A stretch of 63,879 nt of DNA, filler included, from Vezdaea acicularis (GCA_026025075.1; 5 parts of 5 records of this genome joined end to end with filler, not necessarily neighbours in it); one strand, 5' to 3'. Positions 50,001-63,090 are shown, counted from the whole stretch's first letter. Numbers and translations: made by a program. The notes: generated by a model from the letters alone, not told the origin.

Positions 50001-52576
50001 TCAACAGTCAGTATGGAGCGACACTGTCCCAAGCGGATGGAGCGCAGGAAGCACCCCCTTCGGCTTGTGAGAGATCAGGATAAATGGTTCGATGATGGCG
50101 GCATGATGATGCGGAGTCGATAGCATTAAGCTTGGTTGCCCCGGTCATGGATGACGGGCATCTGCCGAGACCGTTCCCGCGGACGGAGAGCCGTGTCAAC
50201 GGAACGTGCGAGCCATTCGAAAAAATGGTTGCTGGAATGTTCAAATGCTCAAACGCCCAAATGCTCAATTCCCAATTCCCATCAGGAGGCGACTTAGGGC
50301 ATCCCAAGCAACAGGTCGCTTGCCTCATCGGTCGTACGGTGCATCATACGAGCTGCTCTCTCCCTTTGTCGTCGTACCAACCCTCTGCGCCAGGAAAGGG
50401 CGGAAGCGAGGTCGAGCCAAAACGGGTGGAAGTGACAGAGGCGCGCCGACCAATGACGGCGAGGGGAACGAGGGGAGGTTCCATCCTCGCGTGGCATGTC
50501 TCCACCACCTCCCCCAAAGTGTGGCATAACCTGGCCATGCCCCGGCGACGTGCAGCGACGGTGTGTCCATCGTCGCGCGCTTGCAACTGCCCGTCCCCCC
50601 TCGCCCGTCCCTCGCCGTCCATCGTCCTCCCCTCGAAGCGAAGTACGCATCCAAGCCAAGGGGCCCGACGACGAGGTTTCCCGGACGAGGTCACGGCGGA
50701 TGGCGGATGGCAGTTGGCTGGGAGGGGACGGCCTCGCTACAGTAGCCGGCATTCAACGGCTGATCGTCCGGCCGATCAGCAGCCGCGCGCATTTGCCAAA
50801 ACGCAATCGGAAGCTCGAGGCAATCGCCCCAGCCAAGGGACTGGTCAGTCTCCTTTAAGCGGGGCATCTGGCCCAGTGCCGTTCGGCGTTTCGGTGTCCG
50901 CTGGCTCGGTGTGCATTTCACATCTCGATCCCCCCCTCGTGGCCTCCTGTGCCATAACTGTCGGCCACCCGAACTGTGCGCTGCACGCTGCGTGTGCGTC
51001 CCTGGCGTTTGGAGGAAGTAGCTAGACAGGAGGGCAACGCGATCAATTTCTTTCCCCGCCCCTAGATTCCTTCTGATGCAACGTGAACCGACCGTTTTCG
51101 GCGCGAAGGATGAGTGCCGCCCATGGTCGGAGCCCGAGCCTGCGTCGCCACTTGCGTGAGACGGATGCGAGGGGCGATACGATTCTCGGGTTTGGCCGTC
51201 GTGTCCGCCGTGTCCCCATCGCGCCCGTCCGTGACGGCCGATGGAAAAAAGTGAGAAGCGAAAGCGCGGGGGAGAGAGAGACGAAGCGCGACGAGCTCGG
51301 TTCGCGATGGGTGACTCGCCCCTCGATGATCAATGATCACCGCTCGGCTACGTGGAGATCCGTTGATCTGGCGTTCCCCATTATCAGCCGTCAGCATGGG
51401 CGCTAGCGACAGTACCACCGCGTTCGTTGGCGTGAGACGGGACCAATGCGCCCCGTCGACCTCGACGAGAGTGCAATTCACATCGCGCACAGGCACGACA
51501 CGCTCAACAGCTTCGCCAGATGGGGACGCGAACGTCGACCCAATCGTCTCAATATTGCAGGAGGAAACGCCATCTCCCATTGTGAGCGGTGGGCCGGCTA
51601 CTTTACGCGAGAGCGTGCATCATCTCGGATGTCTATCGATCCCTCGACAGGGCCGTCGACGGTCGGAGGGGAGGGGCCCGGTGACGAGTTGCCGAAGCTG
51701 CGACGCCACAGCCCGCTGCTTGGAGACCGGATCCGCCGCGTGTGGGTCCCAGCGAGACCGCGCGATGGAGCAATGGGCAGCGCAGAAGGGCGGCATGGAC
51801 GGCGCCAGGCGCCAAACGCCACGGGAAATCTGGACAACGGGTGAGGGCCACGAGGTGGTGGTGATGGCGATGGTGATACCTCGACGGCGAACGGATCGGT
51901 GCACATCATCCGGCCACGGCTGCCAACAATTCTCCATTCCATTTTGCTGTAGCGAGGGGGCGTGCGAGATCAGTCGCTGGTGGGACCCGTTGCCGAAACG
52001 AAGGGGGGAGGGGGAGACGGAGAGGGAGGGAGGACGAGCGAGGGAAAGGGGATGGGTGGGATATGAGCGAGAGGCAGGCGGCCAGCGTGCCCTGTCCATT
52101 GCGATGGATCCACCGACAACCGCGATGGGAACCAATAAGCTGCTCGGCGCCTCCTTTTCCCGTTTCCCGATTTGCGTTTTCCCATTTTTCGTTTTCCGGT
52201 CTTTCGTCCCTCGTTCTTTCCTTTCTCGTGCCCCTTCGCGGCCGGACGGAGCCAGCGTGCCTCCTCTTCTCGCCGCAGCTGCTGGCGGCTGCCGATGGCG
52301 GTGGGATGCGCACGCTCTTTCCCAATCAGGACATTCTGGAAGCCCGGCGGCTTGGGACGCAACGCCCTCACGGGCCAGTCTTCGCCTGCACTTGCCGCCC
52401 GGCTCGCACCAGCAGCATCATGATCCACGCAGCACGCGCACGCCGTCGCACGCTAGCACCCGTTCGGCGAGCACGATGACTCGCTGGGACTCGGGACTTT
52501 TTCTTGCGCGCAGAAACGCAGATCGACGACCGCTCTCGACAGGCCAACAGGCGAGTGGCCGACTGCGGGCGACCCA

Positions 52577-52676
52577 NNNNNNNNNNNNNNNNNNNNNNNN
52601 NNNNNNNNNNNNNNNNNNNNTTAATTAATTAANNNNNNNNNNNNNNNNNNNNNNNNNNNNNNNNNNNNNNNNNNNN
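52577..52676. other. Artificial contig spacer
   Basis: N run containing TTAATTAATTAA. Confidence 0.98.
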
Positions 52677-52714
52677 CCGACCCAGCCTTTTCGCCGAAAA
52701 AGCCGACTGACTGA

Positions 52715-53355
52715 CTACAGGCCGAGTGCCAAGACGAGCACACCCGCGATGCCGGCCGCACCGGCCATGAGCGCACCAGTCGGCTTCGCCGCCGGGCCGG
52801 AGAACAAGCTGACCGTCGCGGTGCCGTTGGCGGTGAAGTTCGACTTTGGGGGAACGACGACGGAGGAGGAGATGCTCGGGGTGGACGACGCCGGCGGCTG
52901 GCCGTCGATGACGGAGGTCTGCCTGCTCACGGCGGAAGAGGTGGGGGTGGTGGACGCGGGGGGGGAGCTGCTGGCGGGAGTGGTGGTGGGAGTGACGGAG
53001 CCGGCGGACGGGGTCGGGGCGGGCGTCGCGGTGGCCGCCTGGGCCGAGGAGACGGAGTCGAAGGCCGAGACGAAGAAGGCTTTGGCGTCCGCGGGGAGGT
53101 TGTTGAACCACGACGGCGGGTTGCCGGCTTCGTATGCGCTGTAGAGAGAGAGCTGGCCCGCCGTATTTTGGAGGTTCGCGAGGTCAGTGGGAGGGACAAC
53201 CACGAGCAGTTCTGAGATGATGTTGGCGGGTGGAGTCCTTCGATTGGTTAGTACCGCTGCACAAGCACATAAGGTTGTCCGCAAATAACATACTGGGCAG
53301 AGCCGAGAATAGCGAAAGCGGCCACGACGGCAACGAAGAGTTTCGGAGAGAACAT
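52715..53355 (-). CDS. GPI-anchored Ser/Thr/Pro-rich cell-wall protein, 2 exons
   Basis: Signal peptide MFSPKLFVAVVAAFAILGSAQ, intron GTATGT..CTAAC..AAG, small PSWFNNLPADAKAFF domain, S/T/P stalk with a PIR-like VIDGQ, hydrophobic GPI tail AAKPTGALMAGAAGIAGVLVLALGL. TATAA ~53499. Confidence 0.85.
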
Positions 53356-54819
53356 GTTAGAGTTGATAACGAGTGTGTTTGGACTGAACGATTGACTGGT
53401 AAAAAAGACAGAAACAAAGGCAGGAGCTTCACGGGAGATATCCTCAAATTTGCAGGCGCTGGGAAGGCTCTGCATCTCTCGGGAGCATGATGCCTTATAT
53501 GGGGCAGGAAATGGATGCCATGTTTTGCAAGTCTCCTCTCCTGCACCAATCAATACTCCTAATGCAGCTGCCTGCACGTTTTGGTATTACGAAGTTTTAT
53601 CCAGAGCCAGCAGTTGCACCGTGCGAAGGAATCCTTCCTCGGCGTGCGTAAACCCCCCGGGTTCCAGGTTCATCGGCCGACGAGTCGCGAAGCGAAATCC
53701 AAGCGCAATTATCAGCACCGAGGCTCCACACCGGTCTCAGCAATGCGGCAAGCTGACCGTGGCTGCTTCAAGCCTGGCAGGAAGCTTCGAGAAACGGGGG
53801 GGAAGACGCAACATCCAGCATGCCCGTGCATCCAGGTGGCGCCTTTGCACCCGATTGCGCGACGAGGACCGGTCGCGGGAAGTCGAGGGATCGCCTTTAG
53901 GCTATCGCTGAGACGACCAGCCATCGACCACGTCAAACAGGACGACTGGAAAGGAGAAGCTCTTCGGCCTTCGATCCTGCCACCATGACGCGCATGGCGC
54001 GCAGGAGGATGGCGCGCCCGTCAAGGCCCCAACGGACGTAGGCGCCGATCCACCGGTGGAGGTGCCTCTACTTTGCGTTAGCAGAGACACCAGAATCCCG
54101 CCGTTTTGCGGAGTACCTGCAGGAAAAGAAAGTGAGAACCAAGGAGGCGACCAACGGTACGATGCGAACCAGTTGGCTGCATCGAGCAGGCGCTGCATTT
54201 CGCCCGAAGCTCTCAAGGTGAGGACCCTGCACCGAAGGATTACATGAAATGAGCCCTTGCGTTCAACTCGGACCATCAAGATTTGGCGGATGCGATGGAC
54301 AGAGCTCCATTCTTGAGCAGCTGCGCGCGAAGCACCCGAGCCCGGGAGGGTAGGGGGACTCTTCGTCGTCTTGAAGCTTCCTAAGATCGAGCGCCTCTTG
54401 CGATGGAGCATGTTTCGAGGTGGTTGCACGAAACCCTCTAGTATTCCGCCATGAGAGATTTCCTGTGCAGTGGCTAAGGCAGCGTGCGGGACCTTTCCCG
54501 CAGAGGGCTTCTGGGTTTGTGAAGGATGGATGGGCGATGGGAACGATGATCGTTCCCATATAGGTCCTTTTGCCTTTAGGAGTGGAGCCCTAACCCTAGG
54601 TCTTCTTTCTGGATACGTGAGCTTAGCATGCCCTTAGGTCTGGTCATCTCCTCCTTCTAGAAACACAATTTACCGGAACATACAGATCATTCAGATCTAA
54701 CAACCTCATTACAGTATAGAAATGCCCACCCAAAGAGAAAGCGTCGTCGCTCCACTTTGGCCGGGTGTCGCCCATACTATGAAAAGCTCCATGCGTCACC
54801 CGAGGGCGCTCACACTGCT

Positions 54820-54965
54820 GAAAGTCGCTCACGTAACGTGAAGTCGTAGAGGAAACGATGAATTGCCCGATGTAACGAAAGACTTGCTCGTACAATTGAA
54901 AGTCGCCCATACAGCAAGAAGTTGTAGCAAAAACGATCAGTTGCCCCATGTATCGAAAGGCTTCC
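54820..54965. repeat. Degenerate ~78-bp tandem duplication
   Basis: GAAAGTCGC.CA..GAAGT.GTAG..AAACGAT..TTGCCC.ATGTA.CGAAAG.CTT starts at ~54820 and again at ~54898. Confidence 0.7.
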
Positions 54966-56554
54966 CCTAAGAGAGTAGGCCAGCCGTGCAATGACAATAT
55001 CATAGGGCGCCGAGTAGCTTGGTGTCCATCGTACCTCCCTGGAATTCAATGCGAAGCCGATAGGGGAGGACGCATCTTCCTCGCATCTCGCATGTTGCGT
55101 CCACGCCCTAGGGAAGGCTCGCGACGGCTGATTCGGATGCGTGCCGACCTCTGCGTGCTTCCTCTCATTACAAAATGACGGGCCATCCGCTGATGGATGA
55201 GAACCTAGGACCAAGAGCTTCTGCAATCCTTAGAACAGCTTTCTCTGGTCATTATGAAAGGACATCAACGAAAAGACAACAGAAGGCATCGCTGCCTTAT
55301 CCTCTAGCTTGAACCGATTCCTCCACGGAAAGCGGAAACAAGACGAAAAACGGAACAGCGTTGCAGACAGCAGCAACACGAATGGGGCGCCCTACAGGGA
55401 GACGGCAGACTACCCGCCGTTGGTACGAAGCACCGATGACATTAAAGTAATTGCGTGGAGATGGCATTGTATGGTGAGACTGGCCGAGTTATCAAAGCAA
55501 CGGGGGCGCTGACTGGGACAAGTTATTTTCAGCAAGCGATCCCACTGGGATTGCGCCCACTGCGGCCGGACGATCGTCCGAGCAGCGGCTGTCCAGGCCA
55601 ACACCGCACACTCAGCCGCCTCTGACATCGACCATGTCTTCGAAGCGATTCAATTCGAACGCTACGAGAATAGACGTCTGGATAAGAAAGTTGGTGAGAT
55701 CGATGTTCGTTGATGGCTGGCCCTGGGTCCTCACGTGCCGCCAAGCTAACCCAGCGCCGGCCGGAAATTAAAGCGACCGAAAAGTCCAAGCAAAAATCGG
55801 CCTTGGCGGGGGGCAATCCCGGCGACGGAACCGGCGACGGGAAAAGCAGGAGGCTCCTGCGCTCCCATCAATCTTACGACGGCGACGTCCGCCAAGACCA
55901 GCCGGCTCGAGTGTCCCAGAGAGGGCTGCATCGGGCAAGAGCACGCCATTAGGCTCTGGACCTGAGGACGAGCGCGCGAGACTGTTGATAGCGTCGAGCG
56001 ACCGCCTCGGAGCTCGACGCTACAGCTTCCAGATGGAAGGAAAGTCGTTCGAGGCCGCACGATCTGGTAGCCCGCAAGAATGTCACGCCGGTCTCACAGC
56101 CTTGTCCACCCCCGCGCGCGATGGCCCCCATCTAGACCTGTCTCGATATCGCGACGCACCAGTCGAGAGGCCGCGCCGCTCGCGGGTGCTGTTGGTTGGC
56201 CCGCTGGCGAGGCTGTGGGCCCGCACCAATGCCCCGCTTGCTCCCCTTTGGGCACAAGTCCGCTCTTGGCTCGGCCAGCTCTAATTGGAAGCGTCAGACG
56301 GTCGGAGGTGCAGCTCGTCGTCGCCGCAACTCGCTGCGTCCGCCGTGATGGGCTGGGTGCGCCCGTCCTGCCCGTATGTAAAGCTTCCGACGCCCCCCTC
56401 CCGGCTGAGAATGGAGGCTGGACGGACGAACCGCTGCAAAACTTCATCCTGGCACGACCGACGACCGACGAACGACGAACGACTCACCCTCCTCCTTCGT
56501 GATCTTCGTCGCAATTGATCGTGGGCAGCAGCGTCTCGCACGAGAGAGAGCATC

Positions 56555-57790
56555 ATGTCGTCCGCCGTCACCTCCTTCAAGCTCTCGGCCAGCCCCAGCA
56601 GCTCCGCGCTCGGTGCATTTGGGACTGCGACCTCCTCCTCCGAATCCGAACAGATCGGAACCGGGACCTTTCCCTTGACGACCGTCTTCACGCCCGGATC
56701 GTCGTGTACCTCGTTGACCCAGTATCCAGGAGCGACCACTCTCTACGCTGGCTACGATATAGGATGTTTCCCGCCGCAGTGGCTCGATGAGTTTGTCTAC
56801 TCGCCCGGTATCTGCCCGCACGGCTATGGCACCAGCGCGACCCTGAATAACGGTGACTTCTACACGCCCATCCCCACTGACGCCTCCGCCTTTGCCTGCT
56901 GCTTGAGGTGAGGGATGACCTTGAGTCCAACCTCTCTTCTCTCGAAGCCCACTGACAAGACTTACAGCGGCTACACGGTATCCTCGTATACCAACACCAT
57001 CGCAGGCTTACAACGCGTCTGCGTCAGCTTCCTCACCACGCCAACCAGCATCTGGTCCGTCGACAGCGCGACCTCGCACTCCGTCCTGACCACCGCCCCC
57101 CGCCTCTCCGTCACCGTCGAAGCCCAAGCCATCAACATCATGTACGCAACATCAGACAAGTCCGTCCTCGCCGCCGCCTCCTCCTCCGCCGCCTCCAAAA
57201 CCACCACCGTCCCCCCACCCCCCGCCTCCTCCAGCCCCAGCAGCGGCGGCGGGGGCAGCTCCGGCCTCTCCACCGGCGCCAAGATCGGCATCGGCGTCGC
57301 CATCCCCCTCGCCTTCATCGCCTTCGCCCTCGCCCTCTTCCTCTTCTTCCGCCGCCGCGGCAAGCGCTCCCGCAACGCCCCAACCGCCTACGAGCCCTAC
57401 GCCAAACAAGACCCCTCCGCCGGTGGCCCCGTCGGCCCCGCCGGCGCCATGTCCCCCGCCATGTCCAACGCCCACACCTCCCAATACGGCCCCTCCATGT
57501 CCCCCCACACCACCGGCAACACCTACATCAACTCGCCCGCCGCCCAATACCCCTCGGGCGGCTACTACGACGCCTCCAAAGGCCCCGACGCGTCTTATCA
57601 GCACACCGGCCAGTCTTATGCTGGCGGCCAGCAGTACACCGGCACGGATTACACGGGCGCCGGCGGCGCTGCTCCCACGGGCACGGACCGCTCCGTCTCG
57701 GGTGTGCCGGAGGGCCAGCAGTATCAGCATGAGATGCCGGCGCATAACGAGACGACGGAGCCGGTGGAGTTGCCGCATGCCCAGCATTGA
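56555..57790 (+). CDS. Single-pass membrane protein with a Cys-motif ectodomain and S/T stalk (Mid2/Wsc-like architecture), 2 exons
   Basis: PLTTVFTPGSSC..CFPPQW..YSPGICPHGY..ACCL|SGY. TM GLSTGAKIGIGVAIPLAFIAFALALFLFF followed by RRR. Tyr/Pro-rich tail ending ..ELP. Intron GTGAGG..CTGAC..CAG ~56908-56967. Confidence 0.82.
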
Positions 57791-59654
57791 TGAATCGAGG
57801 CGTTTGGGGGAAAAGTAGGGGGAAAAGGGGGGGGAAGAGGGAGCTAAGGAGGGCCAAGCAGGACCAAGTAGCAAGCGGAAGGGGAGAAGTGCTTCACGAG
57901 AAAGCTCTGAATAGATGTCGTTGTTTCGTTTTCCCGTCATACCAACTTTTTTTTTTCGGAGCTACATGGACTGGCCCCCTTCTCTTGTTTTTTCACGGGG
58001 GGTTTCGGGCAGAATGATGCATGTTTTGTATATACACTCATCGATGATTGTATCCCGTGTAATGAATGACATCCTCATAACCCTTTCCCCCCTCCCTCTT
58101 CCCCTAACTTTTCTCTCGGTGCGCTCCCCCCCTTCCCCAAGCTAACTCTAGCGCAAACGCAATATAAACCCCACACAATCATTCTCCATGAACCTATTCC
58201 TAGGCTGTCCGAACGGAGAGGAACTCAGATCAGTAGATCTGGCGTCTGGAGCTGGTTGATCGTTATGCGGTACGCTTCTTGAAATTGTGGGAGGGGGTGA
58301 GGGTTGAGGATCTGTTGGGAGGGCTTCGAGGGGGGTGGGAATGGGAATGGGGATGGGTGGGTTTGAGGTTTTTTGTTTGGGGGGGGAGGGAGGAGGTGGG
58401 GAAAGGGAAGGCGATGCTTTATTTCGGTTTCAACTTTTGGATGGGGGGTGGGGAGAGAGAGGGGGAGAGAAGGGTGGGAAGAGAGAGAGAGAGAAAATGA
58501 TTCAGGAAAATAGTGATCAAGCCGAGGGATACAAGAAAGTAGCAAATAAACCATGCATCTGGCATAGAGTCCGGTCTCGAGGAAGAGTAGAGACGGAAAG
58601 ACGTCTTTCCTTCGCGAGGTAGATAGACAGATTTAAAAAAGCAAAGGTGAACATGCTCGCCCTTCAAAGTACAGAAAGGCGGAGGACTTCTAGAGCTAGA
58701 GAGCCAAGATGGTGAGGGGGTTTCAAGAGCTGGTGTCATGGCTCGTATATGTGTGTGTACGCTTTATACGAGCACACCTGATAAGTCTGAGTTGAGGAAA
58801 GAGAAAAACATCGCAGTGGATGTCTTCTGGTGGAGACATCCATCAAGAGGATGGATGGGTGGACCAATCAGCGCTGCTGTAGATTCGAATGAAGGGAAGT
58901 TTTGCAGAACCAGATATAGTTCTGCGGTGCACTGCGCTTTGGTGCGAGAATCATTCAAAACCCCAAAGTTTTTGATTATTTTGAAAGTAATATACGCTGC
59001 ATGCAATGCGCGATGAACCGGCCGTACCGCAACGTCAAACGCTCGGGGACTATGCTCATAACCCAAGAATGAAGAGGGAAAGATGAGATTCATGCCCTTC
59101 AGAGCACTGCAAGCGGATAAGAGGCATTAGACAGAGTAGACAGCCGTCGAGCATTCGAAATCATTGGCTGGAGATGGCGCGAACTTCTCGTGGGGAATGA
59201 GAAGAAGATACAGGGAGGGTGCGGGCGCCAAGGGTCTCCATGGTTCGTCTCTCTATCAGGGTCTAGGCCCCAGATACCGGATATGAATAATCTTCCACCC
59301 GCGAACATCTATAAAAGTCGTCGATCGTTCTCTTCCTACGACTGTCCTAGAATCCTTTGATGGAATAAGCTGCAGGGAAAGGAAACGTCAGAACGGTCAG
59401 TAGACATAAATAGGAATAGCGCTTCGAGGGTTCGATGGATCTTTTGAGAAGCGTGATCGGCGTCTTGGCGAAGACTTCCTGCCAACGATTGAAACGCTGT
59501 GCCTCAATGTTCCCAGCACCCCGGCCAATCGGTACGGAAGACCCAACTTCCGGTCGAACAGAGGAGGTCCTTGTATTTCCGGGCTGGACATTAGGATGAC
59601 AATATCGCAGGATTGATAAGTGCTTCGTGCGGACGAGATGCGGCTTTGCAGCAC

Positions 59655-59794
59655 GCGGTTGCCAGAAAAACCCGCACATCGTACCGGCCAACGAGGCAGG
59701 TTTTTGCTTGGGAAGCGAAGTACTCCCTCGCACAATTTTGGTGGCCAGTTGCCTCTTTTGGCCGGTACGATGTGCGGGGTTTTCTGGCAATCGC
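59655..59794. repeat. ~44-bp inverted repeat with ~50-bp spacer (hairpin / mini-MITE)
   Basis: GCGGTTGCCAGAAAAACCCGCACATCGTACCGGCCAACGAGGCA (59655-59698) pairs with TGCCTCTTTTGGCCGGTACGATGTGCGGGGTTTTCTGGCAATCGC (59750-59794), with only a few mismatches. Confidence 0.9.
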
Positions 59795-60470
59795 ATGGCA
59801 GGTCGTGGTGAGGGCAGGCCGCGTCAGGATCCCACGACACAGAGCTCAAATGGGCTTATCACACTCCATTGCACTGTTCGACGTCAAGGATCGTTGATGC
59901 TGCTCGCGAACGGGTATGTTGGAAATCTCAGCTTGTATAGAATAACATATCTTATTGACCGTCGCAAGTGTCGCCTTTTGAGTAACAGTGCATGCCATTC
60001 CAAGGAGAATCTGCTAAAGCTTCACGACAGAGGGTCCCTAGAGGAGCCAATAGTCAGCTCATTTACGAGTCAATCTTCCGGCGGCAAGCATGATGATTGG
60101 GGCTGGATGGCAGTTATTTTACTTTATGTGACCGAAAAGATATCTCACCGACCATCTCAGGTTGTCCTCCATGACCATCGAAGGCTGTCTCGTCAATTTT
60201 AGCTTCTACTAGGGTCTCGCGTCGTGCACGGAGCACAGCCAAGAGCAAGCGGGCGGAGCTTTCCAGGCAGCGGGAGCGCCACGCTCTGGCGCCTTAGCTA
60301 GTTGCGGCATGTAGCTGAGATCCTGTCTAGATCCCGCCGCCCGTGCTTAAGGCCGAGCGAGATAAAGGCAGCTGTCCTTCATCAGAACGAAGCCATGCAA
60401 ACTCTCGTATTCTAGATCAATACCACATGTCGTCTGCGATCAGACGGTGTTCTGTCTACGAGCGCGGAAA

Positions 60471-63090
60471 ATGTCGTATTATCCACAATATTCAGGTTAC
60501 AGTCACCTCGGGCAGGATACTGCATACCATCCGGAAGTAGAACTAACCCCCTACCCGTCGGTCTCTCATCCCTCAACCCTCGACCGCATGACTAATAACT
60601 GAGTAGACCAAGCTATAACAATGATCCGCACTCGACTTTTCGCGACAATGCATCCTACAGATCGTCCGCGCCTCTTCTTGATCCCCAGGCGGGGCCCTCA
60701 AGACCGCAATCTCTACTTAGTGTGTCCAGCATAAAGAAATGGAGACGGAGGCGGATGACGGGCTGGCGGGGAGGTGTGGTTTCTTGCGCCTTCACGGCTG
60801 GGACTGTCCTCATTATCAATTCGTCCTTCTTGATCTGGGGCCTTGTGAAGCGCGATGCCTCCTCTGGATTTGGCACGATTTTCGAGGGCAGGTGTACGAA
60901 AGAGAAGTCGTTGACGCTGTGGATCCATTTGGCCATCAATATCCTCAGTACGGTCCTCTTGAGTGCCTCGAACTACTGCATGCAAGTTCTCTCGGCGCCG
61001 ACTAGGGAGGAGGTGAACAAGGCGCACGCGAAAGGCTTCTGGATGGACATTGGCGTGCCCAGCGTGCGCAACTTGGGCAAAATAAGCCGCCAGAGATTAT
61101 TATTCTGGTGGATTTTGGGATGCAGCTCTATCCCTTTGCACCTCATGTCTGTCTTATCCCGCTAGCCCCACATCGTGTTCACGAGCTAACATCTCACCAC
61201 TAGGTACAATTCTGCAGTCTTCTCAACTCTTGCGGCGAATGACTACCTCGTTCTTTCTGTGACCGAGGATTTCGTGAATGGTGGCGCGTGGGATACAGCT
61301 CCCACGTCGAATCTTTTCTCCACGGACAAGGCTCAAGTTCAACGCGCACAAAATCAGTCGGAAAACTTTGACCGGCTAGAGAACGCTGCATGCATACAAG
61401 CATATGCTGTCGAATTCCAATCCAGTAGATCAACGGTTCTCTTAATCGCTGATCCGGAACCAAATACCAATAATACCCTGATCGATGGTACAGCTGGGGG
61501 TGAGTCCGATAGCGATCCTTACAATTGGATCTGTAGGCATTCCAGTGGAGATGGACCGGCTTCCGACCTCTGTTCAAGTCAAATCGCTAGTATCGTCGCT
61601 GACGCAAGCAACTGGGTCTCGTCCGTCGGGCCTAAAGTCAAGTATTGTCTTAGCGAACCTGTGAGTACGACATCAGCGCCTCTACAAAAAGAATACTGAT
61701 CCCATTCAGGTGCCAGAGCACTGTAAGATACAGTTCAGCTTGCATCTTCTGATCGTAGTAATAGCATGCAATCTCGTCAAAGCAATCGTGATGTCAATGG
61801 TCATCTGGCGTTGCAAAATACCCCCTCTAGTTACCGTGGGAGACGCCGTGTCCTCTTTCTTGACCGTCAAGGACAAATCAACAGAGGGCATGTGTACGGC
61901 TAGAAAGGGCGAATTCAGTAGGCTCCAATGGGGTCCCAATCCCCGTGCTCGTCAGTGGAGGAAAGAAGCGCCTCGGTGGTTCGGAGCAGCCTCTAGAAAA
62001 CGCTGGTGGTTGTGTATATCACTGTAAGCTTTCCGGAAATTTGTGTTGTGTTGCGTCTAATCGGTCCACAGTTTTGGAATTGCTATTGCGGTTTCTGCCT
62101 TCCTTTTGGGATACGGGATATCTCAGATGACTGGGCCAACGGACATTAAGACGCTTTGGAACCTGGGCCCAGGCGCTATCAACAGTAATACACTTATCTC
62201 GTGGAACATTCCATCTGATGGGGTTGGGGGTCTCATCAGTAATGTACTAGTCGCAAATTCACCGCAGTAGGTCCACAGCCTTTCACCTCAGAAGCTCAGC
62301 TTATTGTTCCTAGAATTGTACTCTCTTTTCTCTACCTGACCTTGAACGGTCTATTGTCTTGGTAAGCAAAAATAAGTCTGTTTGATGCGGTGGACCATCT
62401 AGAGCTCTCGAAACGGAACTAATCATCCAAACAGCATGCTCCTTGCGGACGAATATAATCGTTTTTCGTATGAAAGAAAACCCTTACGAGTCACCGATCC
62501 AGTAGCTCCACAACGCTCAACCTATTTTCTCCAGCTACCTTACAAAATTGCCATTCCCCTTCTCATCTTCTCTGGTGTCTTGCACTGGCTTATCTCCCAG
62601 AGCATCTTCCTCGCCCGCGTCTCTTATTACGACCCGGGCTCATCGGAAGTGGTGAATGAAATCAGCACCTGCGGGTACGTCTTCCCCTTCTCCAATCTCA
62701 TACCGTACGAAACCATCAATCATCCAGCTTCTAACCCCTCACAGCTATTCCCCAATTGCCATCATCTTCACCATCGTCACCGGCTGCGTCCTGATCATCG
62801 GTGCCATCCTCATCGGCTTCCGACGCTTCAAACCCGGTATCCCCCTCGCTGGATCCAATAGCGCCGCCATAGCTGCCGCCTGTCATGCCCCCGAAGCCGA
62901 TACGCGAGCCGCCGTCTCCGCTGTCCAGTGGGGCGTTGTCCCTACCGGAAATCCGGACTTTGGCCATTGCTGCTTTACGAGCCAGCAGGTCACGCCACCA
63001 ATGCCTGACACGCTGTACGCCGGGTTATCCGATAAACCAGAGTCTCCTAAACCCGAAGAGGGGGCGCTACGGATGCGTCGAGTTGAATAG
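60471..63090 (+). CDS. DUF6536-type multi-pass membrane protein, multi-exon (start codon tentative)
   Basis: GWRGGV, HLAINILSTVLLSASNYCMQVLSAPTREEVNKAH..WMDIGVPSVRNL, SSIPLHL|YNSAVF, PLVTVGDAVSSFL, VANSPQ, QRSTYFLQLPY..LHWLISQSIFL, GSNSAAIAAACH, VQWG..GHCCFTS. Confidence 0.85.

Noticed and set aside
50132..52576. 297-aa and 431-aa ORFs
   Set aside because: Same GC-rich, low-complexity shadow-ORF character with no recognisable domain.
54587..54600. CCCTAACCCTAG as a telomerase RNA template or interstitial telomere
   Set aside because: Fewer than two repeats, and I could not identify a pseudoknot or CR4/5 element. A covariance-model search would be needed.
57152..57940. Gly/Ala-rich 262-aa antisense ORF
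   Set aside because: It is the shadow of the C-ending codon bias of the plus-strand membrane-protein gene.
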